DNA of 64,000 nt from the NCBI GenBank assembly GCA_016649715.1, contig JAENXC010000014.1, positions 33,813 through 97,812 of the forward strand. The letters are read 5' to 3'. This document shows positions 19,619 through 29,866 of the stretch, piece after piece. The DNA comes from Flavobacteriaceae bacterium. Its GTDB lineage: Bacteria; Bacteroidota; Bacteroidia; Flavobacteriales; Flavobacteriaceae. The notes beneath the pieces were generated by a model. That model worked only from the letters and a program-made list of their open reading frames with translations. It did not search any database and had not been told where the DNA came from. Each line of letters opens with the position of its first letter. Position 1 is the first letter of the stretch. The position numbers were made by a program, and so were the translations under genes.

Positions 19619-20773
19619 TTAAATCCCTAAAGTAACAAACTCCCTCAAAACATCCACCACATAATCCACTTCCTTTTTTGTGTTGAAACTTGAGAACGAA
19701 AAACGAATAGAGGGTTTGCTTAAATCCTCATCGCTAAGAATTTCGTTTAAAACGTGCGAACCTCCTTCTGCCCCACTTTGGCAGGCGCTTCCTTTGGAAC
19801 AGGCTATTCCTTTTAAATCCAATTGGAACAGAAGCAACATCGCCTTTTCTGCCGAAATGGGCAAGCAAACGTTCAACAGCGTATAAGTGCTATGCTCGTT
19901 GTCTTCACAACCCCCATTGAATTTCACACCTGGAAAATTCGCCGATAGCTGTTCCATAAAATAATCTTTCAGCTCGGTGATATATTTTCGCTCTTCCTCG
20001 AGGTTTTGATAGGAAATCTTTAGTGCTTCGGCCATTCCGGCTATGGCATAAACCGCTTCCGTTCCCGCGCGCAGACCGCGTTCCTGTTCCCCTCCGTGTA
20101 TCAAGGCCCGCAGCCCTGAATTTTTCCGTATAAATGCAAAGCCCGCCCCTTTGGGCCCGTGAAACTTATGGGCTGCCGCAGTGGCAAAATCAATCGGGAT
20201 TACCTTAAAATCCAGTTCAAAATGCCCCATGGATTGTACGGTATCACTGTGAAAAAGCGCTTTGTGTTCCTTGCAGAGAAGCGCGACCTTTTCTAAATCC
20301 AAAAGGTTTCCCACTTCGTTGTTCACGTGCATCAAGCTGACCAATGTTTTTTTGGAAGTGTCTGCCAATAGGCTTTCCAAGTGTTCGAAATCCACATGGC
20401 CACATTTCTTTAAATTCACGAAATCTACCTGAACTTTGTATTCCTTTTGAAGCCATTCCAAAGTGTGCAACACGGCGTGATGCTCTATGCGACTGGAAAT
20501 AAATCGGGTTACGCCAAGATCGCGCACCGCGCTTTTAAGGATTAAATTATCCGCCTCAGAACCGCCGGAAGTAAAGATAATTTCGCTTGCGGAAACATTT
20601 AAAAGCTTCGCTATTTCCTTTCGGGCATTCTCAAGCAATGATTTTGATGACCTTCCGTAAGAATGTGTGGATGAAGGATTTCCGTATTCAGTTTTTAAAA
20701 CTTCTGTAATGCGCTGGATTACTTCATCCCTCAGTTGCGTAGTAGCCGCACTGTCAAAATATACTTTTTTCAT
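19619..20773 (-). CDS. Cysteine desulfurase (IscS/NifS-like class V aminotransferase)
   Basis: YFDSAATT, GNPSSTH, FTSGGSEA, AAHKFHGPKG (PLP lysine) and SKGSAC (catalytic Cys); -7 element TATTTTTG at 20794-20801 on the minus strand. Confidence 0.93.
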   Translation of the reverse strand: MKKVYFDSAATTQLRDEVIQRITEVLKTEYGNPSSTHSYGRSSKSLLENARKEIAKLLNVSASEIIFTSGGSEADNLILKSAVRDLGVTRFISSRIEHHAVLHTLEWLQKEYKVQVDFVNLKKCGHVDFEHLESLLADTSKKTLVSLMHVNNEVGNLLDLEKVALLCKEHKALFHSDTVQSMGHFELDFKVIPIDFATAAAHKFHGPKGAGFAFIRKNSGLRALIHGGEQERGLRAGTEAVYAIAGMAEALKISYQNLEEERKYITELKDYFMEQLSANFPGVKFNGGCEDNEHSTYTLLNVCLPISAEKAMLLLFQLDLKGIACSKGSACQSGAEGGSHVLNEILSDEDLSKPSIRFSFSSFNTKKEVDYVVDVLREFVTLGI

Positions 20774-20870
20774 TCGCCATAAATTTCAGTTCGCAAAAAT
20801 ACGTATTAAAACAGTTTTGACTGCTTTTGGGTTAAAAAGAAATGCGTTACTTTGTAAGTGTGAAAAAATA

Positions 20871-21047
20871 GCCACGAATTCACGAATTGAAAATGTTTAT
20901 GTGGGCGTGATGGAGCCACGAATTCACGAATAAAAAAGTATAATCATTCGTGAATTCGTGGCAAAACTTCCACAACAACCCAAAAACATTAGTGAATTCG
21001 TGGCAAAAAACATCCACAACAACCAAAAACATTCGTGAATTCGTGGC
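20871..21047. repeat. Cluster of five 17-bp GCCACGAATTCACGAAT REP-like units (two forward, three reverse)
   Basis: Units at 20871, 20915 (forward) and 20946, 20988, 21031 (reverse); the last three lie in 42-43-bp tandem repeats. Confidence 0.9.
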
Positions 21048-21061
21048 AAAACCTTAAAAAT

Positions 21062-21949
21062 ATGAATCGATTTCTTGCTATTCTCCTCTTCTCCCTCCTC
21101 CTTCAAAGCTGCAATGATGGCGATATTATTATAACCACCTTCAATTTTGACAAGGCCGACCTTAAAACCTGCGGCAGTGTGGGCAATTATGTTTTTTACA
21201 AAGTGAACCCACAAGCCCAGGAAAGTCTTTCATTGAAGTTGAGCTTTGCAGACAGTCTTTATAAAATTGCGGAGACCAAAGTTTTCACTTTGGATGGCAC
21301 CACAAATTTTGTAAACTACCGCAATTATGACGGCGCGCTGGGCAGCGGCTACTTTTGCAGCAGCATTCCGCCCACTACGCCCATCGTAACGGTAGATTAT
21401 ATTGGGGCTTCAGGAACAGCAAATGTTACCACAATCTTTGTTTTCGACGATAACGACGGCGTTCCCTTCGAATTTGAAAAGGAAGGCGATACCGATGGCG
21501 ACGGCATACCCGATTATTACGACGACGATGACGACGGCGACAACGTGCCCACTGCCCTGGAATTGGACACCAAAAACGAGGATGGCGACAACAATCCTCT
21601 AACGCAACCGCTGGATACGGATGGCGACGGCATTCCCGACTATCTGGATGCGGACGATGATGGCGACCTGGTTATAACCCGCTATGAGGACAAAAACATG
21701 AACTTAGACCCCACCGACGATAAAACAGACCCAACCGTTGGCCCGGACTACTTGAATCCAGCAATAGCTGATACGTATGAGGTGAACCTTTACCGCCAGC
21801 ACAAATACAACCTTAAAAAAAGTGTGCAGATAACCCTGAAAAATTTGGTGCTTACCAACGGCGAAGAAAAAATAACCATAGAAACCCTGGATATGGGCAC
21901 TATTGAAAATATAGAAACTGTACCTAAAACCAAGACCCCCACTTTGTGA
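21062..21949 (+). CDS. Lipoprotein with Asp-rich thrombospondin type-3-like calcium-binding repeats
   Basis: Start MNRFLAIL at 21062; lipobox LQSC; DTDGDGIPDYYDDDDDGD and DTDGDGIPDYLDADDDGD. Confidence 0.8.
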   Translation: MNRFLAILLFSLLLQSCNDGDIIITTFNFDKADLKTCGSVGNYVFYKVNPQAQESLSLKLSFADSLYKIAETKVFTLDGTTNFVNYRNYDGALGSGYFCSSIPPTTPIVTVDYIGASGTANVTTIFVFDDNDGVPFEFEKEGDTDGDGIPDYYDDDDDGDNVPTALELDTKNEDGDNNPLTQPLDTDGDGIPDYLDADDDGDLVITRYEDKNMNLDPTDDKTDPTVGPDYLNPAIADTYEVNLYRQHKYNLKKSVQITLKNLVLTNGEEKITIETLDMGTIENIETVPKTKTPTL

Positions 21950-22039
21950 ATTGGGGATTCGTTAATTCGGGATTCGAGGATACTACCTACTACCCTTCTA
22001 AAAACTCCCCACTAAAAACTACCCACTACCCACTAAAAA

Positions 22040-22588
22040 CTACCGACTAACATTCTGAAAAATATAAACCTCCGTAGCCCCACGCCCGTACTTTTGGTAG
22101 TCGGCATCGTAAAACTTCACGTTTTCATAGCGGTTAAAAAGGTATTCCAGTTCCGTTCGCAGCACGCCCTCGCCAACGCCGTGGATGAAAACCACTTTCT
22201 GTATTCGTTTTGAAATGGCAAACTCCAGTTGCCTTTTCGCCGTGTCCAATTGAATGGTGAGCATTTCGTAATTGTCCAGCCCACGGGTTTTTGGCAGCAG
22301 TTGGTTGATGTGTAAATCTACCACCATAGGCGGCAAACTGCGCTCCTTTGGATTTATGCGTACGGTTTTTCCCGGTTTTTTGTTTTGTTTTTCTGAAATA
22401 ATGGAAGAAACATCCATCTGCGCCAGTTCTTTTTTTGAAACGGAACCATCCATAACGATGAGTTCGTTTTTTGTAAAATCCAACTCAAAACCATCGGGGG
22501 TCATAATGGTTATGGCATTGCCCTTCACGGCAGTAACCACGCCTGATATGGCATCATCCAATACCAAAACCTTATCGCCTTTTTTCAT
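22040..22588 (-). CDS. Smr/MutS2 C-terminal domain protein
   Basis: N-terminal KOW-like GDKVLVLDD; VDLHI...VVFIHGVGEGVLR...GATEV Smr motifs. Confidence 0.88.
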   Translation of the reverse strand: MKKGDKVLVLDDAISGVVTAVKGNAITIMTPDGFELDFTKNELIVMDGSVSKKELAQMDVSSIISEKQNKKPGKTVRINPKERSLPPMVVDLHINQLLPKTRGLDNYEMLTIQLDTAKRQLEFAISKRIQKVVFIHGVGEGVLRTELEYLFNRYENVKFYDADYQKYGRGATEVYIFQNVSR

Positions 22589-22780
22589 AGAAAACCTGTA
22601 TTTTATATTTATTTTGAAGAGTTGCTTCTGCCTTCAATATTAATCGTGTTAACCCGCTCAAAACGAATTTTTTACGTATTTTGCACCAAACAATGCTATA
22701 TATTGAATATTATTTATAAATTTAACCCGTCAAAAAAGTCTTACTGCCCCACATTAAGGCTTTTTATAAACCGTAAAAAT

Positions 22781-24733
22781 ATGAAAAACCTACTACTTTT
22801 CTCTATCATGCTTTTTACAGCTTCTGCCTCCTTTGCGCAGTTAACCGTGAAACCAAACGGTGCAGCGGACTCCTATGTTTATGTGAAGGATCAGATTCTC
22901 TATGTAAATAACGATGTAAATTTAACCAAGAATCCAAATTCCACGGTTGAAGCAAGTATCTATCTGCGCGATAATGGCCAGTTGATACAAGGAGGAACAA
23001 CTTCAACTAATGATGGTGATGGCTTTCTTTCTGTACAGCAAAATACTCCCGTTACCAACGCTTGGGCTTATTATTATTGGTGTTCACCTGTTGGAAATCC
23101 AGTTCCCGTAGGTGGTGGACCCGCCTATGGAATGGGTAACACAAATTTTGGGCTTGCATCCATTTATGAGGACACAAATACCCTTGCTGGTACAGGAACA
23201 GAAGCATTACAGAGCCTAAACGTAAGTACTAAGGAAGGCTATACTGACCCACGTCTTACTATTTCAAGAAGATGGATGTACATTCATGAAATACCAAGCG
23301 ATGAAGCTGAAGCCAATTATCATCGGATAAATGCAAGCAATGGCGCACCAGCAGGTTTTGGGTTTACGATGAAAGGAGTTAGTAAGGGACCTTTATCTCT
23401 TATTGCTAAATCCAGCCATGATCAACTTTATGAATTTAGGGGAAGACCAAACAATGGTGATTTTTCAATACCTGTTTTAGGACCCGTAGAATCCGTTGCA
23501 CAAATGACCCTTACTGGAAATCCTTATCCTTCCGCCTTAGATTTGAATAAAATTTTCTACGAAGCGGGAAATGGTGCATTAAGTCAAATTTATTTTTATG
23601 ACGAAGACAGGTCAAAATATACTCATAATTACAGTGGCAAACCTTTTGGCTATGGTGTTTGGATTCCAGTTTTGCCAGATAATACTCCCAATGATCCAAC
23701 TGATTTTATAGGAGCATATACCGCTGCAACATTTTATATTTGGAATGCATCTGGAAATCATGGAGGTACTGGGCCAGCTGGAACAAATGCTAATGACAAA
23801 CGCTACGCTCCAGTTGGGCAAGGTTTTATGTTTGTGGGTAATGCTGGCGGAAACGTAGCCATCAAAAACTCCCACCGTGTTTTTATTAAAGAAGGAACTG
23901 CAAACCATTCTGTTTTCCAAAGACCAGAAAACAACGAAAACGAAGATGCCGTTACCGAAAACACAGTCAACGGACCAACCACTGCGGTAATAACAACTGC
24001 AGATAATCGAATTCCACAAATGCGTTTATATGTGGTTTTTGACGATGCCCTTACCCGAGATATGCTATTGATTTTTTCTGACCAAGCAACAGATGGTTAT
24101 GATCGCGGAATGGATGGTCTAAGCCCAATGGGAATGGCAGCTGATGCGTATTTCCCTATAGGTGATGACAACAATCGGCTTCCGTATGTTATCAATTCAG
24201 TTAACTACCAACTTGAAAAACAAATACCCTTTGCCTTCAAACTGAATAAGGCAACGAACATTAAAGTTCTTGTAAAAGAAGAAGTTAAAAAACCCTACGA
24301 ACGCGCTTACCTTTTTGATAGCCAAGAAAACACTTATCAAAACTTATCGCTTTCGGGCGCCAAACCAACCAGCATCAATTTGCCAGCCGGCACTTATAAC
24401 AATAGGTTCTTTATCGTTTTCAAAAATCCAAACGTGAAGAGAGACATCCCAGAAAGCGAACTGCAGGCTGAGGCCCTTGTTCGTGGAAACATAGATTTCT
24501 TTCAAAACAATCCCGACCATCAGTTGGAAGTAAGGAATCCGGAAGGCTACACGCTTAAATCGGCTGCGGTTTATGATATGGCCGGTAAATTGGTAATTTC
24601 AGAATCCAATTTAGGCGATGACAACAAATACACCTTCTACACCGGAAACCTGAGCGATGGGGTTTACTTGGTAAAACTCATCACTTCCGATGAAATTTCG
24701 GTAGATTATAAAGTGGTTGTCCACAATCAATAA
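22781..24733 (+). CDS. Secreted T9SS cargo protein of unknown function
   Basis: Start MKNLLLFS at 22781; signal peptide; YWCSPVG, GNPYPSALD and PVGQGF motifs; type A CTD (YDMAGKLV...LSDGVYLVKL). Confidence 0.85.
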   Translation: MKNLLLFSIMLFTASASFAQLTVKPNGAADSYVYVKDQILYVNNDVNLTKNPNSTVEASIYLRDNGQLIQGGTTSTNDGDGFLSVQQNTPVTNAWAYYYWCSPVGNPVPVGGGPAYGMGNTNFGLASIYEDTNTLAGTGTEALQSLNVSTKEGYTDPRLTISRRWMYIHEIPSDEAEANYHRINASNGAPAGFGFTMKGVSKGPLSLIAKSSHDQLYEFRGRPNNGDFSIPVLGPVESVAQMTLTGNPYPSALDLNKIFYEAGNGALSQIYFYDEDRSKYTHNYSGKPFGYGVWIPVLPDNTPNDPTDFIGAYTAATFYIWNASGNHGGTGPAGTNANDKRYAPVGQGFMFVGNAGGNVAIKNSHRVFIKEGTANHSVFQRPENNENEDAVTENTVNGPTTAVITTADNRIPQMRLYVVFDDALTRDMLLIFSDQATDGYDRGMDGLSPMGMAADAYFPIGDDNNRLPYVINSVNYQLEKQIPFAFKLNKATNIKVLVKEEVKKPYERAYLFDSQENTYQNLSLSGAKPTSINLPAGTYNNRFFIVFKNPNVKRDIPESELQAEALVRGNIDFFQNNPDHQLEVRNPEGYTLKSAAVYDMAGKLVISESNLGDDNKYTFYTGNLSDGVYLVKLITSDEISVDYKVVVHNQ

Positions 24734-24821
24734 GAGAAAGATCCCTCTCCATCGAGGATTTTTAATTTTCCCATAATTAAAAAAACGGCTCCGAAAATAT
24801 CGGGGCCGTTTTGATTTTAGT

Positions 24822-24910
24822 CTCAGCGAAACTCTGTGGCTCTCTGCGCTTTCTCTGCGTAACAGCTATAACACAGAGTTTCACAGAGAAAGCGCAGTGT
24901 TTCACAGAGA
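24822..24910. repeat. Inverted CTCTGCG/CTCTGTG versus CACAGAG/CGCAG REP-like array
   Basis: CTCTGTGGCTCTCTGCGCTTTCTCTGCGT faces ACACAGAGTTTCACAGAGAAAGCGCAGTGTTTCACAGAG, next to terminator 24781-24812. Confidence 0.7.
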
Positions 24911-24925
24911 AAAAATAACTAAATA

Positions 24926-26170
24926 TTATTTTTCAAACTCCTTCAAAGTTTTAATAATAATTGAAACGCAATCCAGCAACTGTTCCTCGTTCATCACCAA
25001 AGGCGGCGCAAAACGGATGATATTTCCGTGGGTAGGTTTTGCCAACAAGCCGTTGTCGCGAAGCCTTAGGCAGATGTTCCAAGCCGTGTCACTGTCCTCG
25101 GAATCGTTGATAACAATGGCGTTGAGCAATCCTTTTCCGCGGACAAGTTTCGCAATGCTGCTGGTTTCTATAAATTTGTTCAGTTCACTTCGGAATAGTT
25201 TTCCAAGTCTTTCCGCGTTTTCGGCAAGTTTTTCGTCACGCACTACGCTGAGCGCCGCAATAGCAACCGCAGCGGCAACAGGATTTCCGCCAAAAGTGGA
25301 ACCGTGGGTTCCGGGCTCGATGACGCCCATAATAGCATCATCCGCCAAAACTGCGGAAACAGGATATGCGCCGCCGCTCATCGCTTTCCCAAGAATCAAA
25401 AGATCGGGTTTTACGTTTTCGTGGTCGCAGGCCAAAAGTTTTCCGGTTCGGGCAATTCCTGTTTGTACTTCATCGGCTATAAAAAGCACGTTGTGTTTTT
25501 CGCACAATGCCTTTGCCTTGCTCAAATAGCCTTCGGTAGGAACATAAACCCCAGCTTCCCCTTGAATGGGTTCAACTAAGAACCCGGCAATATTTTTATT
25601 GCTTTCCAAATGCTGTTGAAGCTGTTCAATATTGTCGTATTCAATTTTTATAAACCCTTTGGTGTACGGCCCAAAATGCTTCCGCGCCACAGGGTCGTTG
25701 CTGAAGGAAATAATAGTCGTGGTCCTTCCGTGGAAATTGTTTAGACAAACCACAATTTCGGCTTCGTTTTCGTCAATTCCTTTCTTTTCATAGGCCCATT
25801 TACGGCAGATTTTCAAAGCCGTTTCCACTGCTTCGGCACCCGTATTCATAGGCAGTAACTTGTCGAATTTGAAAAACTCACAAGCAAATTTTTCATACTT
25901 CCCGAGCATATCGTTGTAAAAAGCACGCGAAGTTAGCGCAAGTGTTTTCGCCTGTTCGGTCATTGCCTCAACAATTTTTGGGTGGCAGTGCCCTTGGTTT
26001 ACTGCGGAATAGGCCGAAAGAAAATCGTAGTATTTTTTGCCGTCCACATCCCAAACATAAACGCCCTCTCCCCTGTTCAAAACCACGGGAAGTGGATGAT
26101 AGTTGTGGGCTCCGTATTTGTTTTCTAAATCGATCGCTTTTTGTGAAGCTGTTTGCTCTAAAACTGACAT
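24926..26170 (-). CDS. rocD: Ornithine-oxo-acid transaminase
   Basis: [51 protein letters not shown] and LGKAMSGG. Confidence 0.96.
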   Translation of the reverse strand: MSVLEQTASQKAIDLENKYGAHNYHPLPVVLNRGEGVYVWDVDGKKYYDFLSAYSAVNQGHCHPKIVEAMTEQAKTLALTSRAFYNDMLGKYEKFACEFFKFDKLLPMNTGAEAVETALKICRKWAYEKKGIDENEAEIVVCLNNFHGRTTTIISFSNDPVARKHFGPYTKGFIKIEYDNIEQLQQHLESNKNIAGFLVEPIQGEAGVYVPTEGYLSKAKALCEKHNVLFIADEVQTGIARTGKLLACDHENVKPDLLILGKAMSGGAYPVSAVLADDAIMGVIEPGTHGSTFGGNPVAAAVAIAALSVVRDEKLAENAERLGKLFRSELNKFIETSSIAKLVRGKGLLNAIVINDSEDSDTAWNICLRLRDNGLLAKPTHGNIIRFAPPLVMNEEQLLDCVSIIIKTLKEFEK

Positions 26171-26451
26171 AAGATTGTAATTTTTTGAAGTAAATAAATT
26201 AAGGATTCCTAGCTTCCAAATGTTCAGAAAATGAAGTAGCGGAGCGGAACCCTCCTTAGAACCCGCAAATTAATGAATATTCCTATCATAATAAAGCAAA
26301 TTTGTATAGGTTTAACTGTGCAAAAAAATAAAATAAAATCTTTAAAATAGTAGAGAAAAGGTTTCGAAAATATTATATATTGAAGACTTCATTAAATTCA
26401 GCAATAAGATAGATCTACTGTGAAGTTTTATTATCAGAAGTGTAATACTCT

Positions 26452-27167
26452 ATGAAAAATTACCCACATATTTTTAACGATACCGGAATTGGTACGTGGA
26501 AATACAATGTGCAAACCGGAGAAATAATATGCAATGAGAACTGGGCTAATATGTTAGGATATAAACTTTCAGAATTAGAACCCATGACCTCCAAAAAATG
26601 GGCAGATTTATTCCATCCAAGATTTTTAGACAAATCGGACCTTCTTCTAAAAGAACACTTTGAAGGTAAAACCGATTTTTATCAATGTGAAATCCAGCTA
26701 AAACACAGGCAAGGCCATTGGGTATGGATTTTGGCCAAAGGAAGGCTTGAAACTAGAACCCCCGATGGGCAACCCCTGCTAATGGTCGGCACCAACCAAG
26801 ATATTACCGAAAAGAAGAATTTAATTGATACAACTGAGGATAAAAACAAGAGGTTGATAGACTTTGCATACATTGTTTCACATAATTTAAGGTCGCATAC
26901 AGGAAACATAATTATGCTCATAGATATTATGGCTACAGAAATGCCGGCATTTGCCGAAAATGAAATCTATAAAAACCTGAAATTAGCTTCTGAAAACTTA
27001 AACGACACCGTTCAGCGTTTAAATGACGCTGTAATAATAGACTCAAAGCTAAATGAAATATAATCCCTTAACTGTACAATTACGTGGAAAAGGCAATAGC
27101 AAGCGTAAAAGCCTTGGCAGAAAACCCAGACTGTTCCACACAACACTGTAAACTGTATTTTAACTAA
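26452..27167 (+). pseudogene. Degraded PAS-domain sensor histidine kinase
   Basis: PAS_3 domain and H-box (FAYIVSHNLRSH) are intact to a stop at 27061. Kinase-like sequence continues in another frame (LYNYVEKAIASVKALAEN). No HATPase N/G boxes before the regulator gene. Confidence 0.78.
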
Positions 27168-27173
27168 TCCTCT

Positions 27174-27575
27174 ATGAAAAAAATTGACCTTGCCTGTATT
27201 ATAGACGACGATCCAATTTTCGTTTTTGGCACAAAAAAGATTTTACAAACCGCGCATTTTAGTGAAGATATTATCGTTTACAATAATGGTGCAGAAGCTT
27301 TAAACAATCTTAAAACCATTATTTCAAAAGGTGAAAAACTTCCAGATGTAATCCTCTTGGACATTAACATGCCCATTATGGACGGGTGGCAGTTCCTGGA
27401 ATCTTTTTCAAAAATCAAAACCGTGAAAAAAATACATATCTATATTGTAAGCTCGTCCCAAGATCCGGAAGATATAGAACGCGCCAAAAACCATAAAGCA
27501 GTAGATAGCTATGTAATTAAACCCGTAGCTCTCAATGAAATTATACGAATCGCTGAAGAAATAAGGGCAGAGTAA
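27174..27575 (+). CDS. Single-domain response regulator (CheY-like)
   Basis: IIDDD, LLDINMPIMDG (phospho-Asp), SSS and IKP motifs. Confidence 0.92.
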   Translation: MKKIDLACIIDDDPIFVFGTKKILQTAHFSEDIIVYNNGAEALNNLKTIISKGEKLPDVILLDINMPIMDGWQFLESFSKIKTVKKIHIYIVSSSQDPEDIERAKNHKAVDSYVIKPVALNEIIRIAEEIRAE

Positions 27576-27640
27576 AATAATTGCGAAATCTAAATATAAT
27601 ATCCCCCCTCCTTTTTTAAAAACAAGCTATTTTTGCGCCT

Positions 27641-29050
27641 ATGGCAAGAAAAAACAACAGAGTGATTTTAGAAAACCTCGAAGTGATTGATGCAGGCGCA
27701 AAAGGCAAGGCCGTTGCCAAAGCTCCAGACGGAAGGGTTGTTTTTATAGACAATGCCGTGCCGGGCGATGTGGTTACGGTGCAAACTTTCAAAAAGAAAA
27801 AAGCTTTTTACGAAGCCTCGGTCCTTTCCGTTTCAAAATATTCCGAAAAAAGAGTGGAACCCGTTTGTCCGCATTTTGGTACTTGCGGTGGTTGCAAATG
27901 GCAGAATTTGGGTTATGAACACCAACTTTTTTACAAACAAAAAGAAGTTGAACAAAATTTGAAGCGCATCGGTAAAGTTGAATTGCCAGAGTTTCAGCCT
28001 ATTTTGGGTTCCAAAAAGCAATATTTCTACCGCAACAAAATGGAGTTTTCCTTTAGCGACAACAAATGGCTGACGCTGGAACAGATTAAAAGCGAAGAGG
28101 TAATAGAAAATAAAAATGCCTTGGGTTTCCACATTCCGGGAATGTGGGACAAGATTTTGGATTTGGAAATATGTTACCTGCAAGCCGACCCCAGCAACGC
28201 CATCCGCGATTTTATTAAGGCGAAAGCAGGGGAATTGAACCTGTCATTCTTCAACACAAGAAACCAGGAAGGATTTTTACGAACGTTGATGCTCCGCACT
28301 TCTTCAACGGGTGAAACAATGGTTTTGGTTCAGTTTTTTCAAGAAGACGAAGAAAATAGAAAATTATTGATGAATGCCATTGCTGAAGAATTTCCGAAAA
28401 TCACTTCCCTTTTATATGTAATCAATTCCAAAGGAAACGATACACTCTACGATCAGGAAATTGAACTTTTCTACGGAAGAGACCATATTTTTGAGGAAAT
28501 GGAAGGTTTGAAGTTTAAGATAAACGCCAAATCATTTTACCAAACCAACAGCGAACAAGCCTATGAACTTTACAAAATAACCCGCGATTTTGCAAGCTTG
28601 AATGGCGATGAACTGGTTTATGATCTTTATACGGGAACAGGAACCATCGCACAATTCGTTGCAAAAAACGCGAAAAAGGTGATTGGCATTGAATCAGTGC
28701 CGGATGCAATTGAGGCCGCGAAACAAAACGCAAAATTGAATGCTATTGAAAACGTGGAATTCTACGTGGGCGATATGAAAAAGATTTTTAATGAGGAATT
28801 TATAAAAGCCCACGGAAAACCGGACGTTGTTATCACAGACCCACCGCGCGACGGCATGCACGCCGATGTTGTTGCACAGCTATTAAATTTGGGCGCAGCA
28901 AAAATTGTGTATGTAAGTTGCAACAGCGCAACGCAGGCACGCGATTTGGCGCTTTTGGATTCAAAATACAAAGTGACGAAAGTGCAACCCGTAGATATGT
29001 TTCCACAGACGCACCACGTGGAAAATGTTGTACTTTTGGAGAAACGATGA
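27641..29050 (+). CDS. rlmD: 23S rRNA (uracil-1939-C5)-methyltransferase
   Basis: TRAM domain, CPHFGTCGGC Fe-S motif, FYQTN, DLYTGTG, DPPRDG and YVSCN; -7 element TATTTTTG at 27628-27635. Confidence 0.95.
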   Translation: MARKNNRVILENLEVIDAGAKGKAVAKAPDGRVVFIDNAVPGDVVTVQTFKKKKAFYEASVLSVSKYSEKRVEPVCPHFGTCGGCKWQNLGYEHQLFYKQKEVEQNLKRIGKVELPEFQPILGSKKQYFYRNKMEFSFSDNKWLTLEQIKSEEVIENKNALGFHIPGMWDKILDLEICYLQADPSNAIRDFIKAKAGELNLSFFNTRNQEGFLRTLMLRTSSTGETMVLVQFFQEDEENRKLLMNAIAEEFPKITSLLYVINSKGNDTLYDQEIELFYGRDHIFEEMEGLKFKINAKSFYQTNSEQAYELYKITRDFASLNGDELVYDLYTGTGTIAQFVAKNAKKVIGIESVPDAIEAAKQNAKLNAIENVEFYVGDMKKIFNEEFIKAHGKPDVVITDPPRDGMHADVVAQLLNLGAAKIVYVSCNSATQARDLALLDSKYKVTKVQPVDMFPQTHHVENVVLLEKR

Positions 29051-29362
29051 TATTTTTAAAAATGGACTTAGGACGAAAGGACTTAAGACGTAGGACAATT
29101 TTGATTTCATAATAATATTTATTGATTATCCGCAATTAGCCAGAAATCTAAGCCCATGTTGATTTTGTCATTCCGACGCAGGAGGAATCTCATTAAGTTT
29201 CAACATATTGTTGAATTTGATTCACATATTCCTAAATACCAATTAGGCCATTATGATTGAATACGGACATTCAAATAATATTATTACATTTTTTTAGTAT
29301 TATACATGTCCGCCGTAGGATGATCCAATGTCAAAAAGACTTAAGTCAGTTAAAATCAAATT

Positions 29363-29866
29363 ATGTTTAAAAGAATAATTCTACTCATCCTCATAATCTT
29401 CGCCTTTAAAGGTTGCACTAAAGATGACATCTGCCCAGGCGGTACTGCCACTACCCCAAATTTGGTAATTACCTTCAATGATATCGCGAACCCATTAATC
29501 CGTAAAAAAGTAGAGGTTTTGACTGTTCTGACAGACAACATAGATTCTGTGGCAGTTATGAAACTGGTAAGTACCGATTCTATTATTGTTCCGCTCAACA
29601 CAAATGCCGATACAACAAAATATCTATTTATTCGAAGCTTTATTTCCGAAGCTGGAACTGTTGATAGTATTAATATAGATAAATTAAAATTTGTTTACAG
29701 CCGAAAAAACGGTTACGTAAACCGTGCTTGTGGTTTTAAAACCGAATTTGATAATCTAAAGGCAAATCTGGAAAATGAAGGAACCAAAAACTGGATTGAA
29801 CAAGTGAATATTAAAAGAGAAACCGTAAATGATGAAAATAGCGCCCACCTTACTGTGCTGCATTAG
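29363..29866 (+). CDS. Lipoprotein (DUF6452-like)
   Basis: Lipobox FKGC, CTKDDIC and YVNRACGFK; family recalled from conserved adjacency to rlmD in Flavobacteria. Confidence 0.7.
   Translation: MFKRIILLILIIFAFKGCTKDDICPGGTATTPNLVITFNDIANPLIRKKVEVLTVLTDNIDSVAVMKLVSTDSIIVPLNTNADTTKYLFIRSFISEAGTVDSINIDKLKFVYSRKNGYVNRACGFKTEFDNLKANLENEGTKNWIEQVNIKRETVNDENSAHLTVLH

Noticed and set aside
20946-21047. Regularly spaced 17-bp repeats resembling a CRISPR array
   Set aside because: The spacers are near-identical to each other, the repeat is too short and is dispersed elsewhere, orientations are mixed, and there are no cas genes. It is a REP-like tandem.
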